DNA of 63,940 bases, filler included, from Octopus bimaculoides (lineage: Eukaryota): NCBI RefSeq assembly GCF_001194135.2. It is 4 parts of 4 records of this genome, joined end to end, with 100 filler letters (N's around TTAATTAATTAA, not from the genome) between each part and the next. Parts side by side here need not be neighbours in the genome. Positions count along the whole stretch, not along the records: positions 1 to 29,673 come from NC_068986.1; 3 more parts are not named here. One strand, given 5' to 3'. Positions within the stretch are counted from its first letter, which is position 1, and each line of letters begins with the position of its first letter. The notes beneath the pieces were generated by a model that saw only the letters and a list, made by a program, of their open reading frames with translations, did no database searches and had not been told where the DNA came from. Below, one piece after another: positions 12,821 to 27,583 of the stretch. The position numbers and the translations under genes are program-made.

Positions 12821-15690
12821 TAGGAAGAACATCTCTTATTTGTTGTCGGATTACTTATGATACGTATCACTATAGCCATGACACGTATCACTACACCCGC
12901 ATATATATTACGTATGTACCTACGGGACTAGGGGCAAGATTTATTGAAGAAAGCTTGGCGGTTGTTCGTGGAAGTCTTTGCGTACCACGCCAACATTAAT
13001 GTATTCAAGGAATGGGTTAAATTGATACTACTGTCGACAAATGTGTTGCAGTTAGAAGTTCGATAAATGGAACAGAAAAGCTTAAATTGATTTTGAAGGA
13101 ATTTGAATTAAGAGCATAGGGAGATGGATGAAACTCCAAAGACTTTCCCTTCAACATTCTGACCATTCTGCCGCCTCTCGTTTATGTCACTTTAGACTAA
13201 GAGAGACGAAACTTAAAATAGTATTTTCATTTTTTTTTTTTTTTAATTTTGTGCGGTTGGTAAATGTTTTTCTCGTACCATGAAATATCTCAGAGGAGAA
13301 AAAATTCAAGAAATCATATGTTAACAATATTTTATTGTTTGTAACAATAAAGCAACAAAGCTGACACTTTTAGTGAAATAGACCACGAGGAAACTTCTTA
13401 AGTAGTCTATCCTTGACAACTGAGTCCTCAGTTATATACTTCTTATGACAACAGTATGTAAATGTCTAAATTAGTTTTAATACAGAAGTCTTAACCCCTT
13501 GCCTTAGCTTTGTATTACATGTGCAACGCAGAATATATTTTCCCTGCTGCTATGTTTTTAACCACCAAAAGAAATTGGAACTTATTGAACAAAAGGTTTG
13601 TAATATTCAGAACTTATGAGACAAGAGTTACTTAAAAGTCTGTAAATAAGAAACTGCTTTGGACAGAGAGATTAAATTAGATTTCAAATGCAATTATTTA
13701 ATGCTTTCTTCGGTATTAAACAATTATACCAGCGTAATGTACCAAAAATATATTTACAATTCTTAGTTGAAAACCTTTGGGGAATGATGTTGAACTTTCT
13801 CTCCATGGGACCCAGTTATTCGACTCTACTATATTCATATTAATTTATGATTTTACTCAAAAGTTAAAAATAGATACCTTTATTAGTTAATGATTTCACT
13901 ATCGACGTGCTGAAGCATATGTTTTCGCCGGTCAAATATAAGCCACATGCACACACTCTCATACACATACACACACATAAATTTTGCCAGTATACATATC
14001 TAACAACGGAGTTCCCTTCAACCCACAAGTCGCCAGTTGAATATATTAAAAACTATTTACGTTGCAAAATAGTGTTACAATATGGACAAATGTCATAAAA
14101 ATTCATAATATATACTGGCTCTGTACCTGTACGAAACAAGCGAAATTTACAATTTATTAACTAATTTCCCTGAGAGAATTTTTTAAAAAATTACCACATT
14201 GTTGTTATAGAAAGAGTAAACTAGACATAATTTATTGTTTGAGAGAAAAAAAATTAATCATTCAGTATGACTGCAACTATAAACTCTTGAGAATATCCAG
14301 ATGAATTTAATTATCATTCTGTGTGCAAACCTATATCATACAATATAATGTACTCACACATTTTCGCAATGTGATGGTTTATCATTGTGTATAAATATTA
14401 TTTTATCATTTATTTGCTTTCTAATATACACAACGTTTCATTGTAATATAATGCACTTCATTCTACTAAATAATTTGGTTTTATTTAAAAACACTATCAC
14501 ATAACAGCCTAAAGGATATGATTTAGTAAGTCATATTTAGAATATATAATCCTAAATGAAAATCTATACTTTACACCATTCACCAATATGTGCCACTTAT
14601 TGAAATTTATATCACGTTTTAATCAGTTTATGTTCGTCGTTTAAATATAGCGGACCTTCAAAATAGAGCATTACCTTTTAGAAATAACAGCTAAATTCAC
14701 TTGAATATCATTTTACAGTTTTAAAACAGGAAATAATCTGTGAATGTGCAATCGTACATTATCTTTATAATTCCTATGATATTATTTACAAAGTCACTAT
14801 ATACCAATTACATTTTTATTGTTATCTATATTCTTTTTTATAACCCCGTTGTGTTTATAATAACTTGTTTTATTATAACCCCTTCTATTCATTATAATTG
14901 TTTTTTATACTCTTTCTCTTACTATATTTCTTTCTTTTTTTTCATTGTACGCTCTTTCTTGTGTGTAGAATTATTTATTTATCTATTTATTGATACGATG
15001 ACCACTATTATCCGCCCCACCTATTGTAGAATCTCAGAATTTATGTCTCTATCAGATATTCTTCTGACAATTAAACGGCTAGATACAAGTCTGTTGAATA
15101 AGTAAATATGTAAATAACTGGGTAAACTTAACCCTAAACTTCTTGTTGAATTTAATTAAACAATAAATGGAACTAACTCCTATTTAATTGCAAGAACGAG
15201 ATACATCGTCGTTCGATCCCTCAATATCCAGTCCTCTAACCTCCATCAATGATATGAATAATAGCTAGCTCCCTACCGGCACATGACATCACGTTGTTTT
15301 CTGCTATAATACTACTCATCTGAAGTAACAAATTCATTCTACGACCATCAAGGCTCGTAGAATCATGAAAGTGTATGTTCCGTTGATTTTAAATGTTTCT
15401 AAAAGTTGTGGTCCATGTTTTTATCTGATAAAAACGTATTTTTTATCTAATGATGTAATATCTCCATTAATCAATTAAACATTTGTTGGAAACAGGTGTC
15501 GTGAATTGACACACTACCCATTTGTTGCTATATATACACATACATGTATGTGTATATATATTTATATATATATATATATATNNNNNNNNNNNNNNNNNNN
15601 NNNNNNNNNNNNNNNNNNNNNNNNNNNNNNNNNNNNNNNNNNNNNNNNNNNNNATATAAGCATATCTATGTATGTCTCTGTGTCTCTCTA

Positions 15691-15736
<46 letters not shown>

Positions 15737-17392
15737 CGTGTGTGTGTGTGTGGTTACAAACAAGATGCCTGGTGAAGACTTACCTGAAGACAAGCAGGCT
15801 AACACCTATACTCAGTAAATATACTTCTTCAGAGAGAAATACATCTCCAGACATTTAGGCATACATCATATATATCAGAATAAATATAATTTCCATTTGC
15901 TATTTCATTAGCATTAACATGTCAAATCTTCATCAAATAAGATGAAGGTGATTCCGTTAATATTCTAACAGAATTTTTCTTATCGATTGAATGCATCAGT
16001 CACTATAGAAAATTTAAATTCGAAAGATTCAAATAAACATAAAGAGTGACATAAATATCTTATATAAGATATAAGATGTTTCTTTGATTTGAAAATTAAG
16101 ATATCATTGTGTTATATCTTCTTTGGAACCTTACTTTATAAAACTACATCTACTTATAAACGAATTATGTTTTTCTTATCTCTATATCACATGTAGATTA
16201 TCTGAATCTGAGGTTATTGATTACAGTTTTTTAAAAATATAATTTTCATGTGTCATTCATGTTGAGGATATATTCAACTCAATAAAAAAAAGTTGTTTCA
16301 TATCCTACGGCACTCATTGCACAACACTCATCTGAGAAATACATTTGTTGTATTCTCTTCTCGCATAGACACTCGACATATTAGTAATATTCATTCAGAT
16401 GTAGTCTTATCAAAGCAATACGAGAAGTAACTTGACAATATTTATATACTAACATTACCTCTACCACCACCAATGCAACCAACTGAAAAGTATTAATTTG
16501 ATGCAGTCATTTTGGTCGTAGATTTTGATATTAAAAAAATAAGTTATTCGAATCAAGTGCCAATAGTCCATCAAAAAACAGTTCTAAATTAATTTCAACA
16601 TCAATAGTGAGTCACATTCATTTTTGAATTTGTTCTGAGAAATATTTTATTTAGAAAAAATTTCTAAGGAAGCGGTTCTAATGCTTTCTTTAAATTGGTC
16701 AGGCGATAGTATTGAATCATATTTATCAAAGTATTGTTAATTTATTACTGTTCAATATTTTAGCTAATGTAATCACTGAACTGCAAATATACATTTATAT
16801 TGTAGTATAGCGTAACAGTTTTGTACTTTCTATCAATTGTAATTTCTCCATGCTTCATTTCATATAAGAACTGAAGTTTTTCTACATATTTTGTTCATCA
16901 TTTTATAAACAATTATTTATCAATATCGTTTACTGTCAAATGGAAATGTTTAAAACATTCTTTTCAATTTATCTGATAATGTGCTATTCTCTTACTGTAT
17001 TACTAATATTAAGAAAAAGTGACGATAGACGATATGCATTCAAACAACATAGAAACTATATGTGATCAGACAAACCTTACTTTCATAGCACAAGCATATA
17101 ATACAGTAGCATCATAAGGTTTCGTTCAAAGATTTATGTTAGTTTGTTTTTAATTAATAGTACTTTTCGTCTCTATTATGTACTTTGTCTCACACACTCC
17201 GAATAACAGCCACAGGAAAATAATAACTTGTAACCTTTGTTTAATGCTAACCCCTTCCACCATATTTATAGCTAATATTTAATTCTACTTATATATTTTT
17301 TATGATGAAACGCTAATCAAAACCTTTTAATTAGTGAGCATATTTTGTACTAGTTCCCATTCATAAACTTTTAGTATTTTGCTTTTTTGCTT

Positions 17393-17730
17393 TATCTCTT
17401 ACTTGCTTCAGTCATTTCTTTTGAGTGCAGCCATGCTGGGGCACCGCCCTGAAGGGTTGTAGTCGTAAAAAAGTGACCTGAAGACCATTTTGTTTAAAGC
17501 CTAGTACTTATTATATCATTCTCTTTTGCTGAACCGTTAAGTTACGGGACGTAAGAATACCAACACCGGTTGTCAGGCGGTGGGGGGACAAACATGGACA
17601 TAAACTCACACACAGGTACACGCTTTAGTTGGCCTGAAAACATAGTAGAAGATACTTGCCCAAGTTGCTACGCAGTGGGACTGAACCTTAGCTATGTGGT
17701 TGGGAATCCAGATTCTTAACACACAGTCAT
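17393..17730 (-). mobile_element. SINE family S3 (tRNA head + CORE-like ccttgggcaagtg block; OR2/OK-type)
   Basis: Same layout as 38933-39258 and 61701-62010. Confidence 0.8.
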
Positions 17731-20339
17731 AAAGAGGGTTTTGCATTGAAAGAAAGAGTCAAAAATTGATATAACTTTTATATATTTCGAAGTAACACTG
17801 TATCAGTGTAACATTCCATTATATTGCCTTATCGATTTAAACAAAACACCGATACTGTCCTCAGAAGAAATCGTCGGCACCATTGCAGGCAATTCATAGA
17901 TTATCGCTCTCATACTAACGCGAGATTGTTAGTATCCAGGTTTAGATCGGCTATCACAGATTATATTTCTCTGATCTGTAGCATTGCAATGCTTAATGGG
18001 TTATTTTCAAATGCTACACATTTCAGATTAAATACAAAGCTATACAAACATATATATGTTGCTACACCTGTAATGAATACAAATACGTTATCCAATCTAA
18101 ACACAATTCTCCCTGTGTTAAGGAAGAGCTGGGGAGCTACTGCTCTTCTCCTGATTAAAGTAAAACTGTCTCCAAGAACGTCTAAGTTACTGAAGTACAC
18201 ATACACATTGGAAATACATTTTACATATTGATTTATGTAAAGAAAACAATATTATACTTTGTTCGCTTATTATGTTTATGCTAATCGTTTTAGAGTGGAA
18301 AGCTTGCAAAGTCTTTAGAGCGTATAAGACATTGTATTTTTTTGGCTTGTCATTCTTTTGAGATAAACAAAATACTACCAATCCAGAGATGTCAACTGAC
18401 AGGACTATAAGAACATGAGTTGCCTTGCGGTATTTGATGTGGTTCTTTGTGGTCCGAGTTCAAATCCGCTAATTGTCAACTTAGGCTGAGTATTTAAACG
18501 TTCACTCGGTATAACACCATTACCTGCCACACTGGGTCACCTTTAGCAGATTTCATTCTATTAAAAACATTCAGACCTAGCATCCAGTTTGAAGATACCC
18601 TTCTGCTACCAGGTCTGGGACACTCTTTAGAGAACCCTGGGCTATACCTTACCCTTCAAACTAAAAGTTAAAAGTAAAGACAATTTAAACTTGAAGATAT
18701 ATTCATCGTTCATATAACAGAGCATTCAGATATCAAATAGAAATTATTCCAGTTATAACTTCATAATTATGACATCCATTTATAATATGATTCTTGATTT
18801 CTCTGTTTTAATTCACGTGTAAATAATATCTCCCACTTCAGATTTTAGTTATGTGACATCAGAATATACACTGTGGAATAGGTTTGACGATAACAGGATT
18901 GCTACAACTAGTTAAAGCACCACAGAACATATATAAATATCTTTTGTCAATTAAACAGCTACCAACCTCCAAAAATATTTGTTCAAGAAACTTCGAATTC
19001 AAATTTTCAATGTAAGTTATATAACTGTTCTTCAAAAATTCTTTGCATTTTCTATAAAATATTTTTCTCGGTCTATGTAAATTTGATTGTTATCAAAGAA
19101 CAATGTCTTCAAGAATTAATTACAGTCAGTCAGTAATAAGTTGCGCGCCTACACATACTAATAAAAATAACATCTTAACATCGATAGACTGATAATGAGA
19201 TTAGTGAACGACTATGATATATGACATCATGGAATTTAAATTCAGAATTAAAGTTTAGACTTACACATACGTTACATAGACATACCCGCATACATAGATA
19301 TGGACATATATACACACGCATACACACACAATGACACCCCACACACACAGGCATATGCATAAGTATATATATACATATATATATGTATATACGAGTACAC
19401 TCACACATAAATATAATATATAACCACCAGGTGATATCGTTTAAACAACCTCCTGTCTTAATACATGCAATAATCTATTTGCCACAAATGTAGACTTTCC
19501 AATTAAATTGATCGTTTTCAATTAAATTGTGAACTCATACGATACTGTGAGAGCGGTTGTCATGAAGAGTAGAAGGTCGCTCAGATTTCAATATGTTCAT
19601 TCATTCACGTATTGCAATTATATTTCGCAGCTCATCCAGACTAGAAATTAATTTCTAAAGAGCAGAAGTAGTAATCTATGTTTAAGCTCAGTGTGAAGAT
19701 TTTCTTTTCTATTGATATAGCCGTATATCGTTGATCTTTTGCTAGTTACATTCATTGCAGTTTGACCATATTACAGTACTGCCTTACACAGCTTAGTGGA
19801 ATAATTTGACACAATCTATTTTGAAATTTCATGTATAAAATATCGACTTATTGTGACGAGCCACTAAGTGACGGGAACGTCAACAAAACAACGTCGGTTG
19901 TCACGTGGTTTTTGTGGACAAATACAAAGACCCATAGACATATGTATACTTACATGTGTATTCAATGGGCTTCTACATTGATTCTGTTGACTAAATTTAC
20001 TCACAAACCATTCATCAGGCAGGTGCTTTTAGTAGGATACCTGTTGAAAGAGCCGAATGATTCTATGAACCTGAAACGATATGTTTGCAAAGCGAGCTTC
20101 TAAACCACCCAGACATGCTGTCGTTCTGTATACTTAACATGCATAAATCTTCCTTTTATTTTATCCTCACATAATTTATATTTCATGAAAATGCACTTGA
20201 ATAAATTTAACAGATAAACACGACATAAAAAAAGACAGGAGTAAGAGCTAGGTTTGTAAGATATTTTGAGACATAATTAAACGATGGTTATAGTAGCTAA
20301 ACGGCAGAAGAAATGGCCAACTGAGCTCACTTGCTAATT

Positions 20340-20550
20340 AAGGAGATGATTTGGCAGAATCGTCTGCACACCTCTCAAGATGCTTAGTGGAATTTCGTAT
20401 ATCTATACATTCTGCGTTCAAAATCTGCCAACGTCGGGATTGTCTTTTATACTTTCGGGGCTGATAAAATAATTATCAGCTGAGCTTGCGTTCATGTCAT
20501 CGACTACCTCTACCTTCAAAATTGCTGGCCTTGTTCTAAAATAAGAAAGG
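20340..20550 (+). mobile_element. SINE family S1, diverged
   Basis: ttggcagaatcg...atgcttagtgg...gttcaaaatc...ttcggggctgataaaat...gctggccttgttctaaa. Confidence 0.65.
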
Positions 20551-21034
20551 ATTAATTATAGAACTTATTTAAAATATGAAGGGCAAATTTCAGGTTTTGA
20601 AGATTGCAACAGTACACTTCATATAAGTCTGACTTGACCACTCGGCTATGTTTTGATACTCAATTCAATTGGTTATATCTCAACTCTTTCTAAACATTTA
20701 TCAAGTGCCAAGTTTAAATGAAAACGGTATTTCACACGCAAGGCATTTTCTGAAAAATCTACGTGGACTCTGCCAAATGTTAGTTAGTGTTTCCTGTCCG
20801 AAATTACTCCTCTTCCAGGATCCAACGAGATATTCTCTTATGTCGTCGCCTCTTCTTCTGAAATTACAGCTAAACATCTCTCAAATAAATACATACTCTC
20901 TCTGGAATTAAAATGAGACATTGGATCATATTGTTTCTAGATACAACTCTAACAGGACACGGTTTTTTTTTCATTGATTTCTCTTAAATTACAGAACCCA
21001 CGCCAACATCTCCCACGCACGCCTCCGAAACTCG

Positions 21035-21037
<3 letters not shown>

Positions 21038-21126
<89 letters not shown>
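21038..21126. repeat. (TA)n(TACA)n microsatellite
   Basis: Directly visible. Confidence 0.95.
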
Positions 21127-21127
<1 letters not shown>

Positions 21128-22507
21128 AAATGTCTTGAATATTTCACTATAAAGCATAGTTTTATACAAGAGTTTCTGAATCGGAATATAATAGTATTAA
21201 GCAACGTTTAGTTCTTCAAAGAAACAATACAGTACTATCTTTTATAGTCTCAGAACTCGAAGAAACGAGCAAAGAAATTTTTCAATGTCAATTCTAACAA
21301 TGTTACACTTTAATAATCACCCGTTTTTGTTCAAAATTGTATTATTATTTTGTTGTGCTTTATTTCTAATTAAAACAATATTAATTAAATTTATCAAATT
21401 TAAATTCTACTTGGACTACAAACAGAAGAAACATTGACGTCATTATGCATTACTTCAAACATGAGATATTTGCACAATAATAAAATTTATAATAAAATTG
21501 AAAAAGAAGTCCCTAAATTGCTACACTATTCCCTTTGAAAGTCAATTTACATAGGTTTCTTGCCATTTGCTAAGCACAAAACTTAATGAAATATAATATT
21601 TTTTAGTTTGATTAAAATTTAATTTTAATTTTAATGTTTATTATTTATAAAAGTTTGTTATTTATTTGCAGTCTCAATTCAAAGTCACGCTTGTGCGTTT
21701 CAATTTTCCTCACACCAACAGACGCGATAAGCATTAACACTTGTGCAGTATGCTACTTAAACAGTTTCTTTATGTGGCCTCAAACTCAAAATAGTCCACT
21801 CTACGACAACAAAATACGAGCGTTTTATTTGAAAAGACACTAGCTCAATAGAGAAAATTACTAAAATCAATATTACCTCAAGAAAAATGAGAATTTTCTT
21901 TTCAGAATTAACATCAATTCTATATTTAATTGTAATAGTAAAACTTATAACAAATATTACAATAGATGTATGCCTAGGGAGTATTTAGTATATAATGTTG
22001 CAGAATAAAACATTACTTAAGTATAACTATTCTGCAGTCTGATGAATATCACATACAGACTGTCAAATTGACATATTACGGTATATACACTGAACTGCAA
22101 AAGAAACGTGATATTTTCAAATGTCATTTTTATATGGTAAATTCTGAAAGTATATTATGGGGATTTATGTGTAAATATTCTAAGACATGCTGGTTTATAA
22201 CTGAGACCCAAATTGCAGATTGCCTTTCAACTTTCTCTGAAACGAGACGCCAAATCGCAGCTGCGTTGAAAGCTGTGGGTGGCAGTCGGAAACTGTTGTC
22301 ATGAAAACCGAAATGTACGTGCATCTCGTGGTTGTTATGGGTAGAAAATTCAACTTGAACCGCGTTTCTGGGATTCGTGATTTGTCCTTTTTTGAATTCG
22401 GATATTGTGTTTCAAAGTTCGAATGTTGGTAAGCTTAGTTACTTGTTGTCTCACGTTGCTGCATTTGTTAAATCTGTTGACTTTTTAAAAACACTTCGTT
22501 TCTCCAG

Positions 22508-23145
22508 TGCGAGCGGAATTGTCGTCGTTGTCCCCCCTTGATTCAGGGAGGGAAGCTTTTGCCAATAATCAGGAAGACCTTCGAAGAGATTGCCTCTTCG
22601 TCGGAGAGATTGCCTATTCATCGGAGACCGAGCTCCTAGAATGTGTGAATAGAATGGAGGAGGAACTGAGGAAGAGAAAGGCGACGTGTGAAAAGAAGAA
22701 TTTTGCGGCTGCGGCCGGTTTAGAAAGGAAAAATTGGGAATTGATAACGAATGAATTAAAGAAATACGAAAGTATGGTGTATGGGGAGGGGCAGGCAATA
22801 AGATTGTCCCCCTCCCTTTGAAGTGGCTGAGAGTGTAACCACGAAAACGATAACATTCAAAAGTTTTAGCAGAAAGGTAAAAGCCATCAACATGAGTGAA
22901 AGAAGAGAAATCGAAGAGTGTTTGGCTCTCATCTAGTCAGATAAAACATACCTGGCCAGGGGGAACCATACTCGCAACAGTGAATGTGAGATTTCCCACC
23001 GAAGAGAAGGCTATGTAATATATTGTGGCCTAGTTAGCAACAGAGAGTATAATCCTCCTACCTTCTTACCTCGGAAAACGTGCTTCCAGGGTGAAGGTGG
23101 AGGGAGATACCACCGGGGGTGGATGTTACCTGGCTGATGGCCAGG
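22508..23145 (+). mobile_element. L1/Tx1-clade LINE 5' part: degenerate ORF1 N-terminal region
   Basis: Stitching frames gives MEEELRKRKAT...KTITFKSFSRKVKAINMSERREIEECLALI*SDKTYLARG/TVNVRFPTEEKA...LLPSYLGKRASRVKVEG/IPPGVDVTWLMA. This is an RRM-like Tx1 ORF1 pattern with stops and frameshifts. Confidence 0.6.
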
Positions 23146-23207
<62 letters not shown>

Positions 23208-23209
23208 GC

Positions 23210-23249
<40 letters not shown>

Positions 23250-23300
23250 GACACACACACAGACAGACTGATACACAAACAGAAAGACAGAGACAAAGGA
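23146..23300. repeat. (TA)n(GA)n(CA)n compound microsatellite
   Basis: Directly visible. Confidence 0.95.
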
Positions 23301-24101
23301 TAGGGTACAGAGAAAAGAAAAAGGGAAGAATGAGAGGAGAGAAGAATCTCGACAAATTTGTTATCTCTTTCATTTACGATACATTTCAGCATAAAAGTTA
23401 ATTAAACGTCCTTCCGCTTTTGTATGTATAGATATAGTGTATGCAACAGAAATATAAGAGCAAGAATGGATATAGTAAAGTGTTTATAGGACACGGCTAT
23501 AATTTATATACAGTTAAATAAATGAAGCAATGTAACTAATGATTTTCTCAAAAGTTAGATGATGCAGGAAAGCTAATGCTATGATAGCCCCTTCTTGCAA
23601 AGGTCGGAAGCGGACACAAGGCTTTTTTTTAAGTTAGGAATCAATTAGAAATGGAAAACTGTGAAGTGGTTAGGCTAAGGAAAAATTTAAAACTGCGTTA
23701 ATGTAATTCAGAGTGTTTAAACAATGAAATACGTAAAATGACGAAAAAGTTGGAATGACACAAAGCACTAAAATGCAAATTAAAATACCCATAGATTAGA
23801 CTGAATGTCAGGTAAACGGTTTTCAACTACAAATGAATGTGTAAAATATACCTAATTAACTTAAGATAATTAAATGAAATAGATGACAGAACTTTTTTTT
23901 TTTAATTCAGCTTCCGAAGTAACTGTTTAACTCTTGTGTTTGAAATATCGGGAAACTTTTTTTTAAAAAATGGGAAACAACTAAGAAAGAGAGTGAGTGA
24001 GAGAGGCATTTGGTAGTGTAACAAAATTCTATACATACGTATGCGTTGGGTGTGTGTTCACGTGTTTGTGTGTGTGTGCACGTGTTTGTGTGTGTGAGTG
24101 T

Positions 24102-24141
<40 letters not shown>

Positions 24142-24831
24142 GTTTGAGTGCGTGTTGATTCTGAGTCTACCATGTGAATTAATTCAGACATTCAACAAAC
24201 GATCTGATGATAGCTATTTCCCATCTTCAGGGACTGTCATTGATATGCACATTTATTACGCACGATTTAACAGCACTGGCACTAGTGTGTTTGTGACTCC
24301 AGAATTATTATGTGTTGTACATTCAAGATAAAAAAAAACCTGTTATTTAAGATTGAAATTAGAAGCAGAGGTCAGCTGCGATATGGTTTGTGAATGGAGT
24401 GAGAAAGTGGCGAGAAGCTGATATCTCAGTGGAAAATGCAGTGAAAGTGGGGAATAAAATTAAACACTGTATGATTAAATAAATGAATGGGATTAATAAA
24501 ATATCAAATAGTTTACAGTGTCTTGTTTCACAAGAAAGAAGTTGCTGCATTAAATTTCTCACTGAAAATACCCAGCTGAGAGAGGTTCTCAAGACAGTTA
24601 AAATAAGTTTAATGATGTGGAGAGGTTATATAAATACTAAAAGATAGCAAAGTAAAAAGAAATTGAATCAGCTAAATAGCATGCGTCTGGAGGCTCAATG
24701 TAGATCTATTTATTCTGATGCGGTTTTAAATTTTCAGTATAACAACTAGTAGATTTATTGAACACACACACGCACACACACACAATCACCAGCGCGGACA
24801 CACACACACACGCATTGTCAGACAGACAAAC

Positions 24832-24835
<4 letters not shown>

Positions 24836-24900
<65 letters not shown>

Positions 24901-25001
24901 GTGATCTTGGAAGCTAACGGAACCAACTATAGCGCTTACTCAGCGTACATATACATATAGATCAGAAGTGAACTAAACTCCATATATTATATATATATAT
25001 G

Positions 25002-25098
<97 letters not shown>

Positions 25099-25182
25099 CT
25101 GTGTGTGCGTGTGTGTGTGTGTGTGTGTATAAATATATAAATTTATATATACATACATACATACATACATACATACATACAT
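24836..25182. repeat. (GATA)n, (TA)n, (TG)n, (TACA)n microsatellites
   Basis: Directly visible. Confidence 0.95.
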
Positions 25183-27551
25183 AAGCTGAGAGGGTGTGCT
25201 GCGTGTGTATGTTTGCGATTAGTCTTTAAGAAATCACCATTTTCTTAAACAAACATTTATCGAAATAATTTTAAATAGAAAGCTTTCAGGGAAGAAAGTA
25301 GTACAAAGAGTGTTTTATTTTAGAAAAAAATTGATAATTTAAGAACTTTGAAAGATATCGAAGAGCGAAAAATGCAGAATTATACAAATGTGTTTCATAA
25401 AAAGTAAAAGATGTCTGCACTTTTATAAATCTTATTGAACTGTTAAAAATATTTAAATCAATTTTTGTTTTGTAATTCTCAAATTAAAAAAATTTCGTAT
25501 AATTTATCTAAAGACCGTGCTGTGTATATCAAGAAGATACATTTTCTGAAAGTGTAACGTTTCCAATGTGAAGATTTTACATTGGACCTTGAGACCTATG
25601 AAATAAATCAACTACCATTTATAGCTTGAAGGGAAATATTTGTTTTAATGTCTTAAGGGAAGGTACGTACAATTTAGTGGGGGTATGAATGAATTCACCT
25701 TGTATACTTTAAACTGAAGCTTCGTTTAACACTGCTACTCTTTGGGTACCTTTATCTAATACTACTTTTGCAATTATTTGATAGCATTTGTGATCTGAGG
25801 ACAACTGCCTTATCGCTTATCATCTCGGGACGCTTAAAAGACCATAGGCTATTCCCTTCCTCACTGTGTATCTATAGACGTGCAAATATTAGCTACGAGA
25901 ATCTTCAAAAGAATTTATGATAATAAATAATAGATATTGTGGTTTGGTTGAATGTTTGATGAGAATAGTCATTAACGTGGTCTCTACGCCTAAGGTTTCC
26001 CGTCAACAATCCTATTAGAGCTGGCTCCTTCATATATTCATTTTTGATAATTTTACAAAGCCAATTAAATAAGTAGTTTATTGAATTAATCGTTATATTT
26101 ACAATATCCGTGTATTAACGCTATAATCGTGGTTAAATTTAGCTTTGACCGTATTGTGGAAAAGCGTTTTCTCTGAATCCTTAAATAATAAATCGATATC
26201 TATGCTGAAGGCCACGAATTTGGTGATGAAGCAATCTATCATATTGGTATCAATACTCCGAGACTCACGTATTTTATTAAGCAAGGAATACGAAAACTTA
26301 TGTCGAATTTGTCGAAACGGAACTCAGAACGAAAGACATCTCGCTAAATATGATTTTTAAATTAGGCACTAGGCAATAATGTGGGAATCCATATTTCCTC
26401 GATTCCGAAAACAGTAAATGCACGGCAAATGCCACTAGGATTTGACTACGCAGTGTCAAGAGCACGAACATACATTAAAAATGTGTATCCGACGCTCTGT
26501 CGATTCTATAAGAACATGCAGGTAGTTTAAGAAGTCTCAAATAGAAATAAACTTTAGCCGAAGAAAATCGACATTCTTAGTTTCGACAGGTTTTACTGCT
26601 AATTCAAGGAAAACGAAAACATTCCGCTGCCATTTCAGTGTTTATACGCTCATTTATGAGGGTTGCGAATAAAAGATATTTTCTGATATTATCTAAAGAT
26701 TACCAGTTACTTGAGAGTAATGAAGTTTATCATGCGATATTGATTTGCAGTCAAGTTTACTACACCTGTATTTCAATCATGACTGCAACACTTATTTGAT
26801 CACACCCCTGCAACTACAACATTTATTTGATCAAAGCACCTGCGATTTGACGCCAAATTGTACAGGATGAAAGTAAATAAAAGTAAATATATTCCTCCAG
26901 CTTTCAAACGGTCTATTACTCCAGCACAATTTTAATTTAAATATTTAATTATGATCATTTATGATTTCAACCATCAGTTTGTAAACATGTCGAAACGAAA
27001 CATGATTATTTATGGCATTCATGATTAAAAATATAAACTACAGGATGTCCGATTTATATCCTCTGATATATGCATGCGTCTTCCTTGAAGGTGTAGTTTT
27101 CACATTCTTTCTCTCTCTTTTTTTTTTTAAATATGGCTTCGAAATGTTTGAATATGCCAAGAAAATTGGAGGCTTCAAAAAAAAAAAAAGAATAAATCAC
27201 TTGAACTTCATATTAGATAGGTGGTGTGCAGAAGGAATTTTTCCAATTTTAAATTCGGTTTGAATGATTCATACTAAGTGTCGATCGTGTATGTGTACTT
27301 CACAGTTACAAATATTGAAATGATTATTATTTAACCGAAATTTTGTAAAAAACTTGACGCAAATGCATCTCCAGGGTTAAGCAGTTATTGTGCAGCCATG
27401 GGGTTCCAGTTCAATTTCACAGTGCGGTAGAATATAAATGTTTTTCTTTTTTGTTTTCAAATAGCATTAGACAGAACGATACCATAAAGAAAATTTGATA
27501 GATGAAACTGTGCGGAATCTCGTCATATATGGGCATCTGTATGTGTGTGTT

Positions 27552-27583
<32 letters not shown>

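Noticed and set aside
22945-23146. U1 snRNA-like words (ttacctggc, agggagatacca, ttccagggtgaagg)
   Set aside because: The order is scrambled, there is no Sm site or stem-loop architecture, and the region is explained as Tx1 ORF1 coding relic.
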